Positions 49,642 through 59,228 of a stretch of 64,000 bases of DNA are shown here, piece by piece (within the stretch, counting starts at the first letter, position 1; every line of letters starts with the position of its first letter). A program made the position numbers and the translations under genes. Under the pieces are notes generated by a model that saw only the letters and a list, made by a program, of their open reading frames with translations, was not told the DNA's origin and made no database searches. The stretch is from IMG/VR virus record IMGVR_UViG_2882238243_000002, positions 78,447-142,446 of that record. One strand, written 5' to 3'. This stretch comes from a virus. Lineage: Duplodnaviria > Caudoviricetes.

Positions 49642-50034
49642 ATGTATCAGAACTGTTGTAAAAAGTGTGGCAGCACATCGCTCCACACTGAAGTAAAAGG
49701 TAGCAATACCGGCTTATACTGTGACGATTGCGGAGCCTGGGTAAAGTGGTTATCCAAAGATGAACTAAGGGCATTTGAGCATAGTAAAAAAGAGAATAAG
49801 AATCAAGGTGATATTATTGAGTGCGAAATCCCAATTGGCAGATTGTGTTGCTTTAAGCCATTAGATCAAGACGCAATTTATTTTGGACATATGGCTGGCA
49901 AGGTAGTTGATGATTTTGAAAACATGACGTATATGTATGTGCTTGTGTGTGACGATAGATACTTCTTTTCAAGAAAGGTTATTATCAAACCAAACGACGT
50001 TCACACGTCCAACGAGGCGAAGAGGTATTTCTAA
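49642..50034 (+). CDS. Zn-ribbon hypothetical protein
   Basis: CKKCGS...YCDDCGAWVKW. Confidence 0.6.
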   Translation: MYQNCCKKCGSTSLHTEVKGSNTGLYCDDCGAWVKWLSKDELRAFEHSKKENKNQGDIIECEIPIGRLCCFKPLDQDAIYFGHMAGKVVDDFENMTYMYVLVCDDRYFFSRKVIIKPNDVHTSNEAKRYF

Positions 50035-50035
50035 T

Positions 50036-50242
50036 ATGACAGAGAAAGTTAAAAAATACAGGACGAAACATAAGAGATGTAAATACTGTAAACATCTTAG
50101 GCTGGTTATTCGTCGAGATAATACTGGCGGTGATTATTATTGCTGTGTAGCAAAAGATAAAATCATCGGAGATTACTTCCCGGACATAACACAAGTGCCA
50201 AGATGTTTCTGTCAGTGTTATGAGGTAAAAGAAGATGAATAA
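50036..50242 (+). CDS. Small Cys-rich hypothetical protein
   Basis: MTEKVKKYR...CKYCKH. Confidence 0.5.
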   Translation: MTEKVKKYRTKHKRCKYCKHLRLVIRRDNTGGDYYCCVAKDKIIGDYFPDITQVPRCFCQCYEVKEDE

Positions 50243-50441
50243 TAATTGGACTTTATTTAAAGATGAGAAACCAAAGGTCGGTGAGCCGGTATTGTTTCAA
50301 GCAGAACGTGACGGGCATATGTATATCGGATATGTAACAACCTATGGAGGTGTTAAGTGCATTACTGCAAGAAATTCTACAGTAACTGGTATGAAACCTA
50401 TTACATGGATGGAATTGCCTGAAAGATATAAAAAGAGTTGA
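50235..50441 (+). CDS. DUF551-like protein
   Basis: W....DEKP...ITWMELP. Confidence 0.6.
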   Translation: MNNNWTLFKDEKPKVGEPVLFQAERDGHMYIGYVTTYGGVKCITARNSTVTGMKPITWMELPERYKKS

Positions 50442-50468
50442 AACAGTGGTTTCAACAGGAGGATATAA

Positions 50469-50684
50469 ATGAACGTAACAATAGAACTAATAAATTTACA
50501 GACATATATGATATCAAAGGATAGAAGTATTATCGATAGAAATGGGAAATATAAAAGCACTCCAGATGTACTTAAAATACTACATCAAATTTGGGAAGAA
50601 ATTGATGATAGCGAAAGACATTATTTAGAAAAATTAGTAATTGGGACTCCGTATTTCACGGGAGAAATGAGGTTTTGTTTTTGA
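50469..50684 (+). CDS. Hypothetical protein
   Basis: AGGAGG RBS. Confidence 0.5.
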   Translation: MNVTIELINLQTYMISKDRSIIDRNGKYKSTPDVLKILHQIWEEIDDSERHYLEKLVIGTPYFTGEMRFCF

Positions 50685-51025
50685 ATTTATTTTACGTGGG
50701 ATTAAAAGTAAGAGTAGTAAATGCAGATAAGAATTTGTATGGAGCATTGCTGGATGAATATCAAAAGCGTGGCTATTTGTATATAGCAGATATTTTTGAA
50801 AATGGGAATGTCTTTATTTCGTATTCCTCACACGGAGGATTACTCATGAGCTTCGATAGGAACTTATTAGAACCGTATTATGATGAAAATATTCTGCAAG
50901 TTCTAAACAATAAAAAGGAAGAACTTAAAAGAATTGGCAGAGAAGTTGCTGATATTGAGAAGTTCATAAATGAAAGGTGTAAGAACAGTAGTGAAAGCCC
51001 TATTTCAGAGAGAACGGAGAAATAA
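50675..51025 (+). CDS. Hypothetical protein
   Basis: ORF reading through site 50992. Confidence 0.5.
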   Translation: MFLNLFYVGLKVRVVNADKNLYGALLDEYQKRGYLYIADIFENGNVFISYSSHGGLLMSFDRNLLEPYYDENILQVLNNKKEELKRIGREVADIEKFINERCKNSSESPISERTEK

Positions 51026-51225
51026 AATATGAAACTTAAAATTACAACACAAATAACTGTGGACGACGATATTACTGGCGAAGAGATTGAAAAAATTAGA
51101 GAAGAGTTTGAGGACGTTGGCTGGGAAAATAATATGATAGCCACTCAACCAAATGTACATATAGAAGAAATTTCCAAGTAAACGAGTATTTTATACAACG
51201 TGAAATTTAAAACCGAATAAGGGGA

Positions 51226-51432
51226 GTGATAACTATGCAGTTTATTTTATCAGAACACGAAATGAAACGTGGTTGCGAATTACTAGATGCGTGGACTACA
51301 GAACCAACAACGTTGGATAGTGTTTATACGGAGCAAGTAAGTCTTAACGAACAAGGATATTTCACTGTAATACATTGCGTTGACGTGGACAATGACTTGT
51401 ATATAATTAAAGTATTTGAAAGAAATGAGTAA
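51226..51432 (+). CDS. Hypothetical protein
   Basis: ORF track. Confidence 0.5.
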   Translation: MITMQFILSEHEMKRGCELLDAWTTEPTTLDSVYTEQVSLNEQGYFTVIHCVDVDNDLYIIKVFERNE

Positions 51433-51458
51433 TATCTAATAAAATAGAAAGGTTACGA

Positions 51459-51500
51459 TAAGTTCCTATAGGATAAAGTGCGCACACTTATGACGGTAAG
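51459..51500 (+). repeat. Leader repeat copy 2 (also at 28772-28814)
   Basis: Near-identical ~42 bp leader, also followed by ATGGAACAAAA. Confidence 0.75.
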
Positions 51501-51503
51501 TGA

Positions 51504-52112
51504 ATGGAACAAAAGAAAGTATTAGCAGGAAGTAAATTGGCAGGTGGAAATCCTGCAAATGGAAGAGTTGAAAATGATTTTTATGCAACGAACCCAAAAG
51601 CGGTAAAGATGTTATTAGATGAATACGCTTTTAATGGGGAGAGGTGGCTTGAACCATGTGTTGGTCAAGGACATATTTCAAAGACTATTTCAGAAATCTA
51701 TAACAACGATGTGATTATTGATGGAATTGATTTAGTTGATAGAGGATTTCCGGATACAATTGTTGCAGATTTTCTTACATATGAGTCGGATAACAAATAT
51801 GACGTAGTAATAAGCAATCCTCCGTTTTCTCTTGCACAAGAGTTTATTGAAAAGGGATTGAGTTTATTAAAAGATAAAGGACAGATGGCAATGTTCTTGA
51901 AAATTCAATTTTTGGAAGCCGGAAAACGTAAAGAATTTTTTGAAAAATATCCACCTAAATATATTTATGTATTTAGAGATAGAATGGCGACTTGGAACAA
52001 CGGAAATGAAATAAATCCAGAGACAGGAAAGAAATGGGCAACTACAATGTGTCATGCTTGGTTTATATGGGAAAAAGGTAGTAAGACGGAACCGATTGTA
52101 AGATGGTTATAA
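51504..52112 (+). CDS. N6-adenine DNA methyltransferase
   Basis: DFYATNP, LEPCVGQG, ISNPPFS. Confidence 0.8.
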   Translation: MEQKKVLAGSKLAGGNPANGRVENDFYATNPKAVKMLLDEYAFNGERWLEPCVGQGHISKTISEIYNNDVIIDGIDLVDRGFPDTIVADFLTYESDNKYDVVISNPPFSLAQEFIEKGLSLLKDKGQMAMFLKIQFLEAGKRKEFFEKYPPKYIYVFRDRMATWNNGNEINPETGKKWATTMCHAWFIWEKGSKTEPIVRWL

Positions 52113-52147
52113 GATACAGTCGAAATCGTGATTTCATGCGATTTCAA

Positions 52148-52195
52148 ACACTATATATAGTGTTTGAGCGAGGATAATAACACTACATATAGTGG
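52148..52195. promoter_or_regulatory. Tandem NrdR boxes
   Basis: ACACTATATATAGTGT (perfect palindrome, 52148) and ACACTACATATAGTGG (52180), 32 bp apart. Confidence 0.7.
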
Positions 52196-52262
52196 CTGGC
52201 TGGCTGACTGAAAAATGAGAATTATGTATAGGTACAAGAAAATGATAGAAAGGCGTCAAATA

Positions 52263-52511
52263 ATGTTAGTAAGATATTCAAAATATATAGACGAACATAG
52301 ACTTCCAGAAGAATCCAAGTTTTTAAAGGGAGAATACATTGAAGATTATGACAGGTTCTATAATATGCTAAATGTAGCAAATAAGATTGGTAGGACTGTA
52401 AAATTAGCGATTGATAACGAATGGTATGAAGTTATAGATTTTGTTTATAACGTTCCCGAAGACGACGATTCATTGACACGTATTAATGTCTATGTTGAAG
52501 AACTATACTAG
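52263..52511 (+). CDS. Hypothetical protein
   Basis: ORF before ligA. Confidence 0.5.
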   Translation: MLVRYSKYIDEHRLPEESKFLKGEYIEDYDRFYNMLNVANKIGRTVKLAIDNEWYEVIDFVYNVPEDDDSLTRINVYVEELY

Positions 52512-52527
52512 AGAAAGAGGTGATAGA

Positions 52528-54495
52528 TTGAATAAAGTAGAAAAACTAAAACAATTAAATGAAACGCTAAATCAATACAGAGACTCATACTACAACGACT
52601 CAAAATCAGAAATTTCAGATGCGCTGTATGATGTCTTGTATGATGAATTAGTAGAATTAGAAAAAGAAACTGGAATTATCATGAGTAATTCACCCACACA
52701 AACTGTTGGGTATGAAGTTAAATCTAAATTAGAAAAGGTAAGACATAGTCATCCAATGCTGTCTCTTGACAAGACGAAATTAGCAAGTGATTTAGTTGAA
52801 TTTGCAAATGATAAAGACTGTTTATTAATGCACAAACTGGATGGGTTAACTATTTTGCTTACATATGAAAACGGAGAATTAATTCAAGCTGAGACTAGAG
52901 GCGATGGTGAACAAGGTGAACTAATCACACACAACGCTAAGGCATTTACTAACGTACCATTGAAAATTGATTTTAAAGAGCGACTGGAAATCGAAGGTGA
53001 AGCAATTATTACATATGATAATTTTGAAAGAATTAACTCTAGATTACCAGAGGACAAAAAGTATAAAAATCCAAGAAATCTAGTATCAGGATCTGTTAGA
53101 CAATTAGATAGTGAAATAGCTGCTAGTAGAAACATTAAATTTATAGCATGGAAAGTTCCTATTGGTATAGATACTAATTCCATGTGTGAGCGGTTGATGA
53201 TAGTTAGGTTCATGGGGTTTGATGTGGTGAATTACTGGGCTTACGCAAACAAGTCGAGCGATAGAGAAAACATTCATAATATGATACAGAATTTAAAATG
53301 TAGAGCAAAGGAGAATGGCATTCCGATTGACGGATTAGTTATGTCATACAACGATATTGAGTATGGCAAATTTCTTGGAACTACTGGACATCACCCAAGG
53401 CATTCCATCGCCTATAAATTTTACGATGAGGAATCGGCTTCTACTATCAAAGAGATCGAGTGGTCAATGGGAAAGACGGGAGATTTAACACCAGTCGCAA
53501 TATTTGATGATGTTGAGATTGAAGGAACCACAGTAAGTAGAGCTTCACTTCATAATGTAAGCATATTAAAGGATTTACAAATTGGCATTGGAGATGAAGT
53601 AACTGTATACAAAGCAAATCAAATAATACCACAAATACGTGATAATCATACAAGAAGTGACAATGTGATAATTCCTGACACATGTCCTGTATGTGACGGA
53701 TTTACTATTATTGTAAAAGATAATGACACGGAAGTACTAAAATGTAATAACCCAGAATGTAAAGGTAAATTGCTTGGAAGATTAACTCATTTCTGTTCCA
53801 AGAACGCTATTAATATAAAAGAGATGAGTGAGTCAACAATTGAGTTTCTTATAAATAAAGGTTGGGTTACACGTTTTGATGACTTGTATCATCTTGACAT
53901 ATATGCAGATGAATGGACTAAATGTGCTGGGTTTGGTAAGAAGTCGGTATATAAACTACTTGATAACATTGAGAAGAGTAAAAACACTACGCTTGATAGG
54001 TTTATCTATTCACTTTCTATTCCACTTATTGGTAAAACGGCGAGTAAAGCTATTTTTAAACACGTAAACGGAGATATTACAGATTTTTATGATAAGTTAA
54101 TTAACGGTTACAATTGGACTGCACTTGGCGATTTTGGTGCTACTATGAATGAAAGTATCAATAGTTTTGGTAGACATAATTGCTTGTGGATAAAAGAATT
54201 GGCAACAAATTTTATCTTTGAAATACCCAAACAAAACGCTCAAAATTATGGTATGAATATTTTGGAAGGAAAGACATTTGTGATTACGGGTAGCGTTAAC
54301 CACTTTAAGAATAGAGATGAATTGAAGGATAGAATTGAAAATTTAGGTGGTAAGGTATCTGGATCTGTGAGTGCTAAGACTGACTACTTGATAAATAACG
54401 AAAAAACAAGCAATTCTTCGAAAAATAAGAAGTCAAAAGAATTAAGTATCCCAATTATTACAGAAGAAGAATTTTTATCAATGATTAATAATTAA
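52528..54495 (+). CDS. ligA: NAD-dependent DNA ligase
   Basis: HPMLSLDK, HKLDG, TRGDG, NPRN, DGLV, AYKF, ASLHN, Zn finger and BRCT (FVITG). Confidence 0.95.
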   Translation: MNKVEKLKQLNETLNQYRDSYYNDSKSEISDALYDVLYDELVELEKETGIIMSNSPTQTVGYEVKSKLEKVRHSHPMLSLDKTKLASDLVEFANDKDCLLMHKLDGLTILLTYENGELIQAETRGDGEQGELITHNAKAFTNVPLKIDFKERLEIEGEAIITYDNFERINSRLPEDKKYKNPRNLVSGSVRQLDSEIAASRNIKFIAWKVPIGIDTNSMCERLMIVRFMGFDVVNYWAYANKSSDRENIHNMIQNLKCRAKENGIPIDGLVMSYNDIEYGKFLGTTGHHPRHSIAYKFYDEESASTIKEIEWSMGKTGDLTPVAIFDDVEIEGTTVSRASLHNVSILKDLQIGIGDEVTVYKANQIIPQIRDNHTRSDNVIIPDTCPVCDGFTIIVKDNDTEVLKCNNPECKGKLLGRLTHFCSKNAINIKEMSESTIEFLINKGWVTRFDDLYHLDIYADEWTKCAGFGKKSVYKLLDNIEKSKNTTLDRFIYSLSIPLIGKTASKAIFKHVNGDITDFYDKLINGYNWTALGDFGATMNESINSFGRHNCLWIKELATNFIFEIPKQNAQNYGMNILEGKTFVITGSVNHFKNRDELKDRIENLGGKVSGSVSAKTDYLINNEKTSNSSKNKKSKELSIPIITEEEFLSMINN

Positions 54496-54581
54496 ATCTA
54501 TTGAGGTGTTGGCGCATCGAAATAGAGAATTATACATATGTAACATAACTATAAATTCCATCAAATGTAAGGAGATAAAAA

Positions 54582-54827
54582 CTGAATACAGAAAATGCGA
54601 TTAAAATTAATCTTCACGGAAATGTAGACAAAGCAAGCAAATTGGTTAGTGTTGTCAATACATTTATTAGTGATGTTGATGTTGCCTGTGGTAGTCGTAC
54701 ACTTGATGCCAAATCTCTTTTATCAGTTATGAGTTTAGATCTTAGAAGAGAACTGAGTGTAAGGATTATTTCAGACAACATTGAAGAATACACACGTTTT
54801 ATAGAAGAAATGGAGGACTTTAAATAA
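54582..54827 (+). CDS. HPr-like protein
   Basis: SDVDV..GSRTLDAKSLLSVMSL; frame open from CTG 54582 after AAGGAG. Confidence 0.7.
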   Translation: MNTENAIKINLHGNVDKASKLVSVVNTFISDVDVACGSRTLDAKSLLSVMSLDLRRELSVRIISDNIEEYTRFIEEMEDFK

Positions 54828-55421
54828 TTGAAAATTGAGAATACAAGAGTATATGGTATTGAAAATGCAATTAGCGTAAGTAAATTTCCGATGGCAACAG
54901 ATGTAAGTAAGTGTGATGAATATTTGGGAAAGAACACAGCAAAACTTTCGAGTTGTAAACCGGGTACAGGTCACGACCAGTTCACACACGGAATAATTGT
55001 TCAATTTAATTTGACAGCTTCGAATAAGTTTTGGACAGAGGCTCAACGGTATCACTGGCTTGAGTTTATAAGTTCACAGTCAACAATGCATAAGATTACC
55101 CAATTTGATATCAAACAGCAATGCAATAGATATGTAGACGAATTTATTGTTGAGCGTTTACAGACATTGGTTAATGATTACAACAATATCGAGGACAAGT
55201 CTACCGATGAAGCTAAAGAAGCTTACTTAAAAGTTCTTTACAATATTCCATCTGGATTTCAACTAACAGCGGGAATGACAACAAACTATTGTCAATTGAA
55301 GACAATTTATCATCAAAGAAGACATCATAGATTGCCTGAATGGAAAGTTTTTTGCAAATGGATTGAAGAATTACCTAGATTTAAAGAATTGATGCTGGGA
55401 ATGGAGGACTGTTACGAATGA
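54828..55421 (+). CDS. ThyX-like phage protein
   Basis: HDQF...QRYH...SQSTMH...NY.QL..QRR.HRLPEW; located in the nucleotide-metabolism cluster. Confidence 0.5.
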   Translation: MKIENTRVYGIENAISVSKFPMATDVSKCDEYLGKNTAKLSSCKPGTGHDQFTHGIIVQFNLTASNKFWTEAQRYHWLEFISSQSTMHKITQFDIKQQCNRYVDEFIVERLQTLVNDYNNIEDKSTDEAKEAYLKVLYNIPSGFQLTAGMTTNYCQLKTIYHQRRHHRLPEWKVFCKWIEELPRFKELMLGMEDCYE

Positions 55422-55753
55422 CCAAAGAGGAGTTAGACATATTAGATGCAGTGAGTTGGAAAGATATGAATGATAGAGATCCACAAGATATTAAAATATG
55501 TCAAACAGAAAAAAATTATGATGTAGTAAATAGTCCCTCTCATTATACAGATACAAAAATCGAAGTTATAGAATATATAGAGGATAAGCAGCTTGGTTTT
55601 TGTTTGGGGAATGTAATTAAATACATATCAAGAGCAGGCAGGAAACATAGTGCTGATAAATCGGATAAAGAAAAGGCAATTGAAGATTTAAAGAAAGCAA
55701 AATGGTATTTGGACAGAAGGATTTTTGAAATAGAGAATGATATTAATGTCTAA
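55418..55753 (+). CDS. DUF3310 family protein
   Basis: VNSPSHY, GFCLGNVIKYISRAG, EDLKKAKWY. Confidence 0.85.
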   Translation: MTKEELDILDAVSWKDMNDRDPQDIKICQTEKNYDVVNSPSHYTDTKIEVIEYIEDKQLGFCLGNVIKYISRAGRKHSADKSDKEKAIEDLKKAKWYLDRRIFEIENDINV

Positions 55754-55919
55754 AGAAAAGGAAGTCACTCAAGAATTTATATATTGTAGTCTACGAAAGT
55801 GTCCACATACGGAGTGTCTTAGACATAATGCAAACACTCCGTGGAATGTGTTGATTTTGAGACGGAGGTACAACCCTGATAAAGATTGGAATTGCAAAGA
55901 TAAAGCGGAGGAACAATGA
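55746..55919 (+). CDS. Small Cys-rich hypothetical protein
   Basis: YCSLRKCPHTECLRH. Confidence 0.5.
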   Translation: MSKEKEVTQEFIYCSLRKCPHTECLRHNANTPWNVLILRRRYNPDKDWNCKDKAEEQ

Positions 55920-56359
55920 GTAAATCTATATATTTAGCTGGTGCTATGGAGATATACGAAGGCACGGATGTAGCAAGAGAATGGAGAAAGCAAGTTGAGG
56001 ACTATTTTTTACGTGATGGAATTGCCGATATTATTAATCCTACTAGGTATTATGAATATGGCAGAAATTATCACAAAACTGATATGGAAGTTTTTAGATT
56101 TGATCTGCACAAAGTTAGAAACGCAGACTTAATTTTAGTAAACCTAGCAGATATAAGAAAATCTGTTGGTACTTGCTTCGAAGTATATGAAGCATATAGA
56201 AGTGGAATACCAATCATTGGTTTTATTACAGATGATGTCGAAGGTAAAGAATTAACTAAATTAATACATCCTTGGATTGAGTGTTGTATTAACAGAATAG
56301 AAACAGGTGAATTTGCTTTAGAAGAAGCGATGATACATATTACAAAATATTATTGTTAA
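55916..56359 (+). CDS. Nucleoside 2-deoxyribosyltransferase-like / dNMP hydrolase
   Basis: IYLAG, INP, DL..V..ADLILV, SVGTCFE. Confidence 0.75.
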   Translation: MSKSIYLAGAMEIYEGTDVAREWRKQVEDYFLRDGIADIINPTRYYEYGRNYHKTDMEVFRFDLHKVRNADLILVNLADIRKSVGTCFEVYEAYRSGIPIIGFITDDVEGKELTKLIHPWIECCINRIETGEFALEEAMIHITKYYC

Positions 56360-56380
56360 AAAAGAAATTGGAGGATTTTT

Positions 56381-56587
56381 ATTACGATAGATTTAATTAG
56401 TACAAGTCACTTACTGGCTAGAGAATTATTATCCAAACCAGACGGATTTTTAACAGTGACAATAGACGGAAGAGAATGTGTAATCTCTAATATAAAAAGA
56501 AGTAAATCACACGCTAACGCTGATGATACAGTGATTAACTGGACTTTGAATACTAGAGATTGCGGACAAGGAAATTTGAAAAGGTAG
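56381..56587 (+). CDS. Small hypothetical protein (ATT start)
   Basis: GGAGG, 6 nt, ATT, then a 68-codon open frame. Confidence 0.5.
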   Translation: MTIDLISTSHLLARELLSKPDGFLTVTIDGRECVISNIKRSKSHANADDTVINWTLNTRDCGQGNLKR

Positions 56588-56784
56588 ATAAAAATGATTG
56601 AAATAATTGCAGACAAGGAAATCGAGCAGATTTCTAAGGAAGATAAGAAGTTAATTATTGAGCTGATTTGCAATGAACAGACTCATATGATTATTAAAGA
56701 CCATACGAAGTATGAGTCGGAGAAGTATAAGAAATTAGAGGAACTAAAGGTAAAGATAAAGGATTTATAAAGGAGTGTGGTTTA

Positions 56785-58011
56785 TTGAGAGTTATTAAGA
56801 GAGATGGACGCAAAGTAGAGTTTGATAAAGACAAGATAGTTCAAGCCGTATTAAAAGCGTTTAGTGAAGTTGATGGAGAATTAACATCAGAAGCAAAAAG
56901 AAAAGCTACTAACATCACCAATTACATAGAGGGGCTTCAAAAACCATTAAAAGTAGAAGAAATACAGGATATTGTCGAAGAACAATTAATGACAGGGAAA
57001 CGTAAGGATGTTGCTAAAGTTTTTATTTTATATAGAAATGAAAGAACCAAAACAAGAGAGAAAAACATGCAACTAATGAAAGATATTTCAGAAAAACTGC
57101 AAGCATCAAATGTACAAAATCAGAATGCAAATGTAGACGAAAAATCATTTGGAGGACGCGTAGGAGAAGCAAGCGATGCGGTTTTAAAGAAATATGCACT
57201 TGATAATTGTGTGTCTGAAATGGCTAAAAATAACCACTTAAATAATGAGATTTATATTCATGATCTCAATAGCTATGCGGTTGGTTCTCATAATTGTCTG
57301 TCTATTCCATTTGATAAATTACTACTAAATGGATTTAATACAAGACAAACAGATGTTAGACCGGCTCAATCTGTTAGCACAGCTTTTCAATTAATTGCGG
57401 TTATATTTCAATTGCAATCCCTGAACCAGTTTGGAGGTGTCTCGGCAACTCATTTGGACTGGACGATGGTTCCTTATGTAAGAAAAAGCTTTTATAAACA
57501 TTTTAAAGATGGTTTGAAATATGTTGAAGAATCAAATTATTTAAATTATGAGACCATGGAAGGTTATTCTATAGAGAACGATGGTTTTAAATTCCATAAA
57601 AAGGCATACCAATATGCAATTGATAAAACAGAAAAAGAAGTATATCAGGCAGTAGAAGGTATGTATCACAACCTAAATACATTACAATCAAGATCAGGAA
57701 ATCAATTACCATTTACCTCTATAAATTATGGAACTTGCACGGAGCCAGAAGGAAGAATGGTGACTAGAGCACTATTAGAAATTTCGATTAAGGGAATTGG
57801 AAAACTACACAAAACTTCAATTTTTCCGTGTGGTATTTTCCAGTGTATGAACGGTGTCAATCGTAAACCGGAAGATCCTAATTACGATTTGTACAGATTA
57901 GCATTAAGGTCAACAGCACAAAGATTATATCCAAACTATGCTAACGTTGATTGGTCTGGTAATGAAGGATACGACAAAAATGACCCCAAAACATATTTTA
58001 GCACTATGGGT
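56785..58011 (+). CDS. nrdD: Anaerobic ribonucleoside-triphosphate reductase, exon 1
   Basis: ATP-cone VIKRDG, ENAN-like QNANVD, IYIHDL, HNC, QFGG, ending YFSTMG. Confidence 0.92.
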
Positions 58012-58289
58012 AAGTGTAAATGCAGCCCATGTAAAACCGATTGAACCTTGCTTCGAGGGTGTGGCTGAATAAGCTGCTAACGGATAGGTCTTATTGAGAA
58101 GAGATTCTATGACATAAGATGAGTACCGTGCCAAACCTATTTATATAGGAAGTGTGTATCGACTAAGGTGGGATGAGTGTACCACAAGAGGGTTGGAGAT
58201 AAGCACCAATTCAGAGCAGTCGGCTTGTTGATGAAGAGTAGTGCCTTCGGAGAGAACATATAGTCAGTATCATTAGTAATAATGAGATG
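58012..58289 (+). ncRNA. Group I intron (278 nt, no internal ORF)
   Basis: 5' exon ATGGGT pairs with IGS GCCCAT (58025-58030) with U.G at the splice site; P7 GACTA (58161)/TAGTC (58261); terminal G 58289; splicing restores STMG|CRTANG. Confidence 0.9.
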
Positions 58290-59228
58290 TGCAGAACAGC
58301 AAACGGTTTTGATATTAATGGTTTAGGTCAGTTAAAAGATGGACGTGGAAATATTTGTCCCGTTACCATCATACTACCAACATTGGCAATGGAAACCAAA
58401 GATGTAGAAAAATTTATGGAGTTGCTAGATAAAAAGATTTATGAAGCAAAAGATATGTTGATAGAGCGATTTGAATGGATTTGCAGTCAGTCATCAGAAT
58501 CTGCAAAATTCATGTACGAAAATGGCGTTATGGAAGGATATATACCAGAAGAGGGAATAGTGAGTGCACTCAAACATGGAACATTGGCTTTAGGACAATT
58601 AGGATTGGCAGATACTTTGCAAATTTTAATTGGGTGCGACCACACAACAGGCAATGGAATGGTTTTAGCGAAAAGAATAGAACAACTATTCAAGGATAGA
58701 TGTGCAGAATTTAAAAATGAATATCAATTAAATTTTGGAGTGTATTATACACCGGCAGAAAATCTTTGTTTTACAGCCATGAAAAAATTTAAAGAAAAAT
58801 ATGGTGTCATTAAAAATGTGTCTGATAAGGAATTTTTTACAAATAGCATACATGTTCCAGTGTGGATTAATATGACACCAATGAAAAAAATCGACATTGA
58901 ATCACAATTAACTGGATATAGCTCGGCTGGCTGCATAACATATGTTGAATTAGAAGGTAGCGTTAAAAATAATATAGAAGCAATTGAAGCAATTGTGAAT
59001 TATGCAATGGATAAGGATATTCCGTATTTTGCTTTAAATGTTCCTAATGATATGTGTACCAATTGTGGATATTGTGATGATATTGACAAAGCTTGCCCTA
59101 TGTGTGGAAGTGGTGAAATCCGTAGACTAAGACGTGTGACTGGATATTTAACCGGCGACTACAAATCAGCTTTTAACGAAGGTAAACAACAGGAAGTTGA
59201 AATGCGAGTAAAACACGAAAAGTTCTAA
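58290..59228 (+). CDS. nrdD: NrdD exon 2
   Basis: CRTANG, GRGNI, TPAENL, TNS.HVP, C-terminal CxxC/CxxC and RRVTGYL glycyl-radical motif. Confidence 0.92.
   Translation, partial: CRTANGFDINGLGQLKDGRGNICPVTIILPTLAMETKDVEKFMELLDKKIYEAKDMLIERFEWICSQSSESAKFMYENGVMEGYIPEEGIVSALKHGTLALGQLGLADTLQILIGCDHTTGNGMVLAKRIEQLFKDRCAEFKNEYQLNFGVYYTPAENLCFTAMKKFKEKYGVIKNVSDKEFFTNSIHVPVWINMTPMKKIDIESQLTGYSSAGCITYVELEGSVKNNIEAIEAIVNYAMDKDIPYFALNVPNDMCTNCGYCDDIDKACPMCGSGEIRRLRRVTGYLTGDYKSAFNEGKQQEVEMRVKHEKF

Larger units (their letters stand above)
49388..52136. repeat. Intergenic TGAAA-N6-TTTC(A/G) site array, tract 3
   Basis: 49388 TGAAA-catatt-TTTCA, 50439 TGAAA-cagtgg-TTTCA, 50992 TGAAA-gcccta-TTTCA, 51178 GTAAA-cgagta-TTTTA, 52121 CGAAA-tcgtga-TTTCA. 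Confidence 0.8.

Noticed and set aside
592-52136. CRISPR array or classical integron attC interpretation of the repeated sites
   Set aside because: Sites are 16 bp and separated by whole genes; no cas genes; no RYYYAAC/GTTRRRY boxes or long attC hairpins.
592-52136. The repeated sites as intrinsic terminators
   Set aside because: Stems are only 4-5 mostly A-U pairs with no consistent U tract.
58012-58044. nrdD as a frameshifted pseudogene or two genes
   Set aside because: The interruption has group I intron hallmarks, and splicing restores MGCRT.
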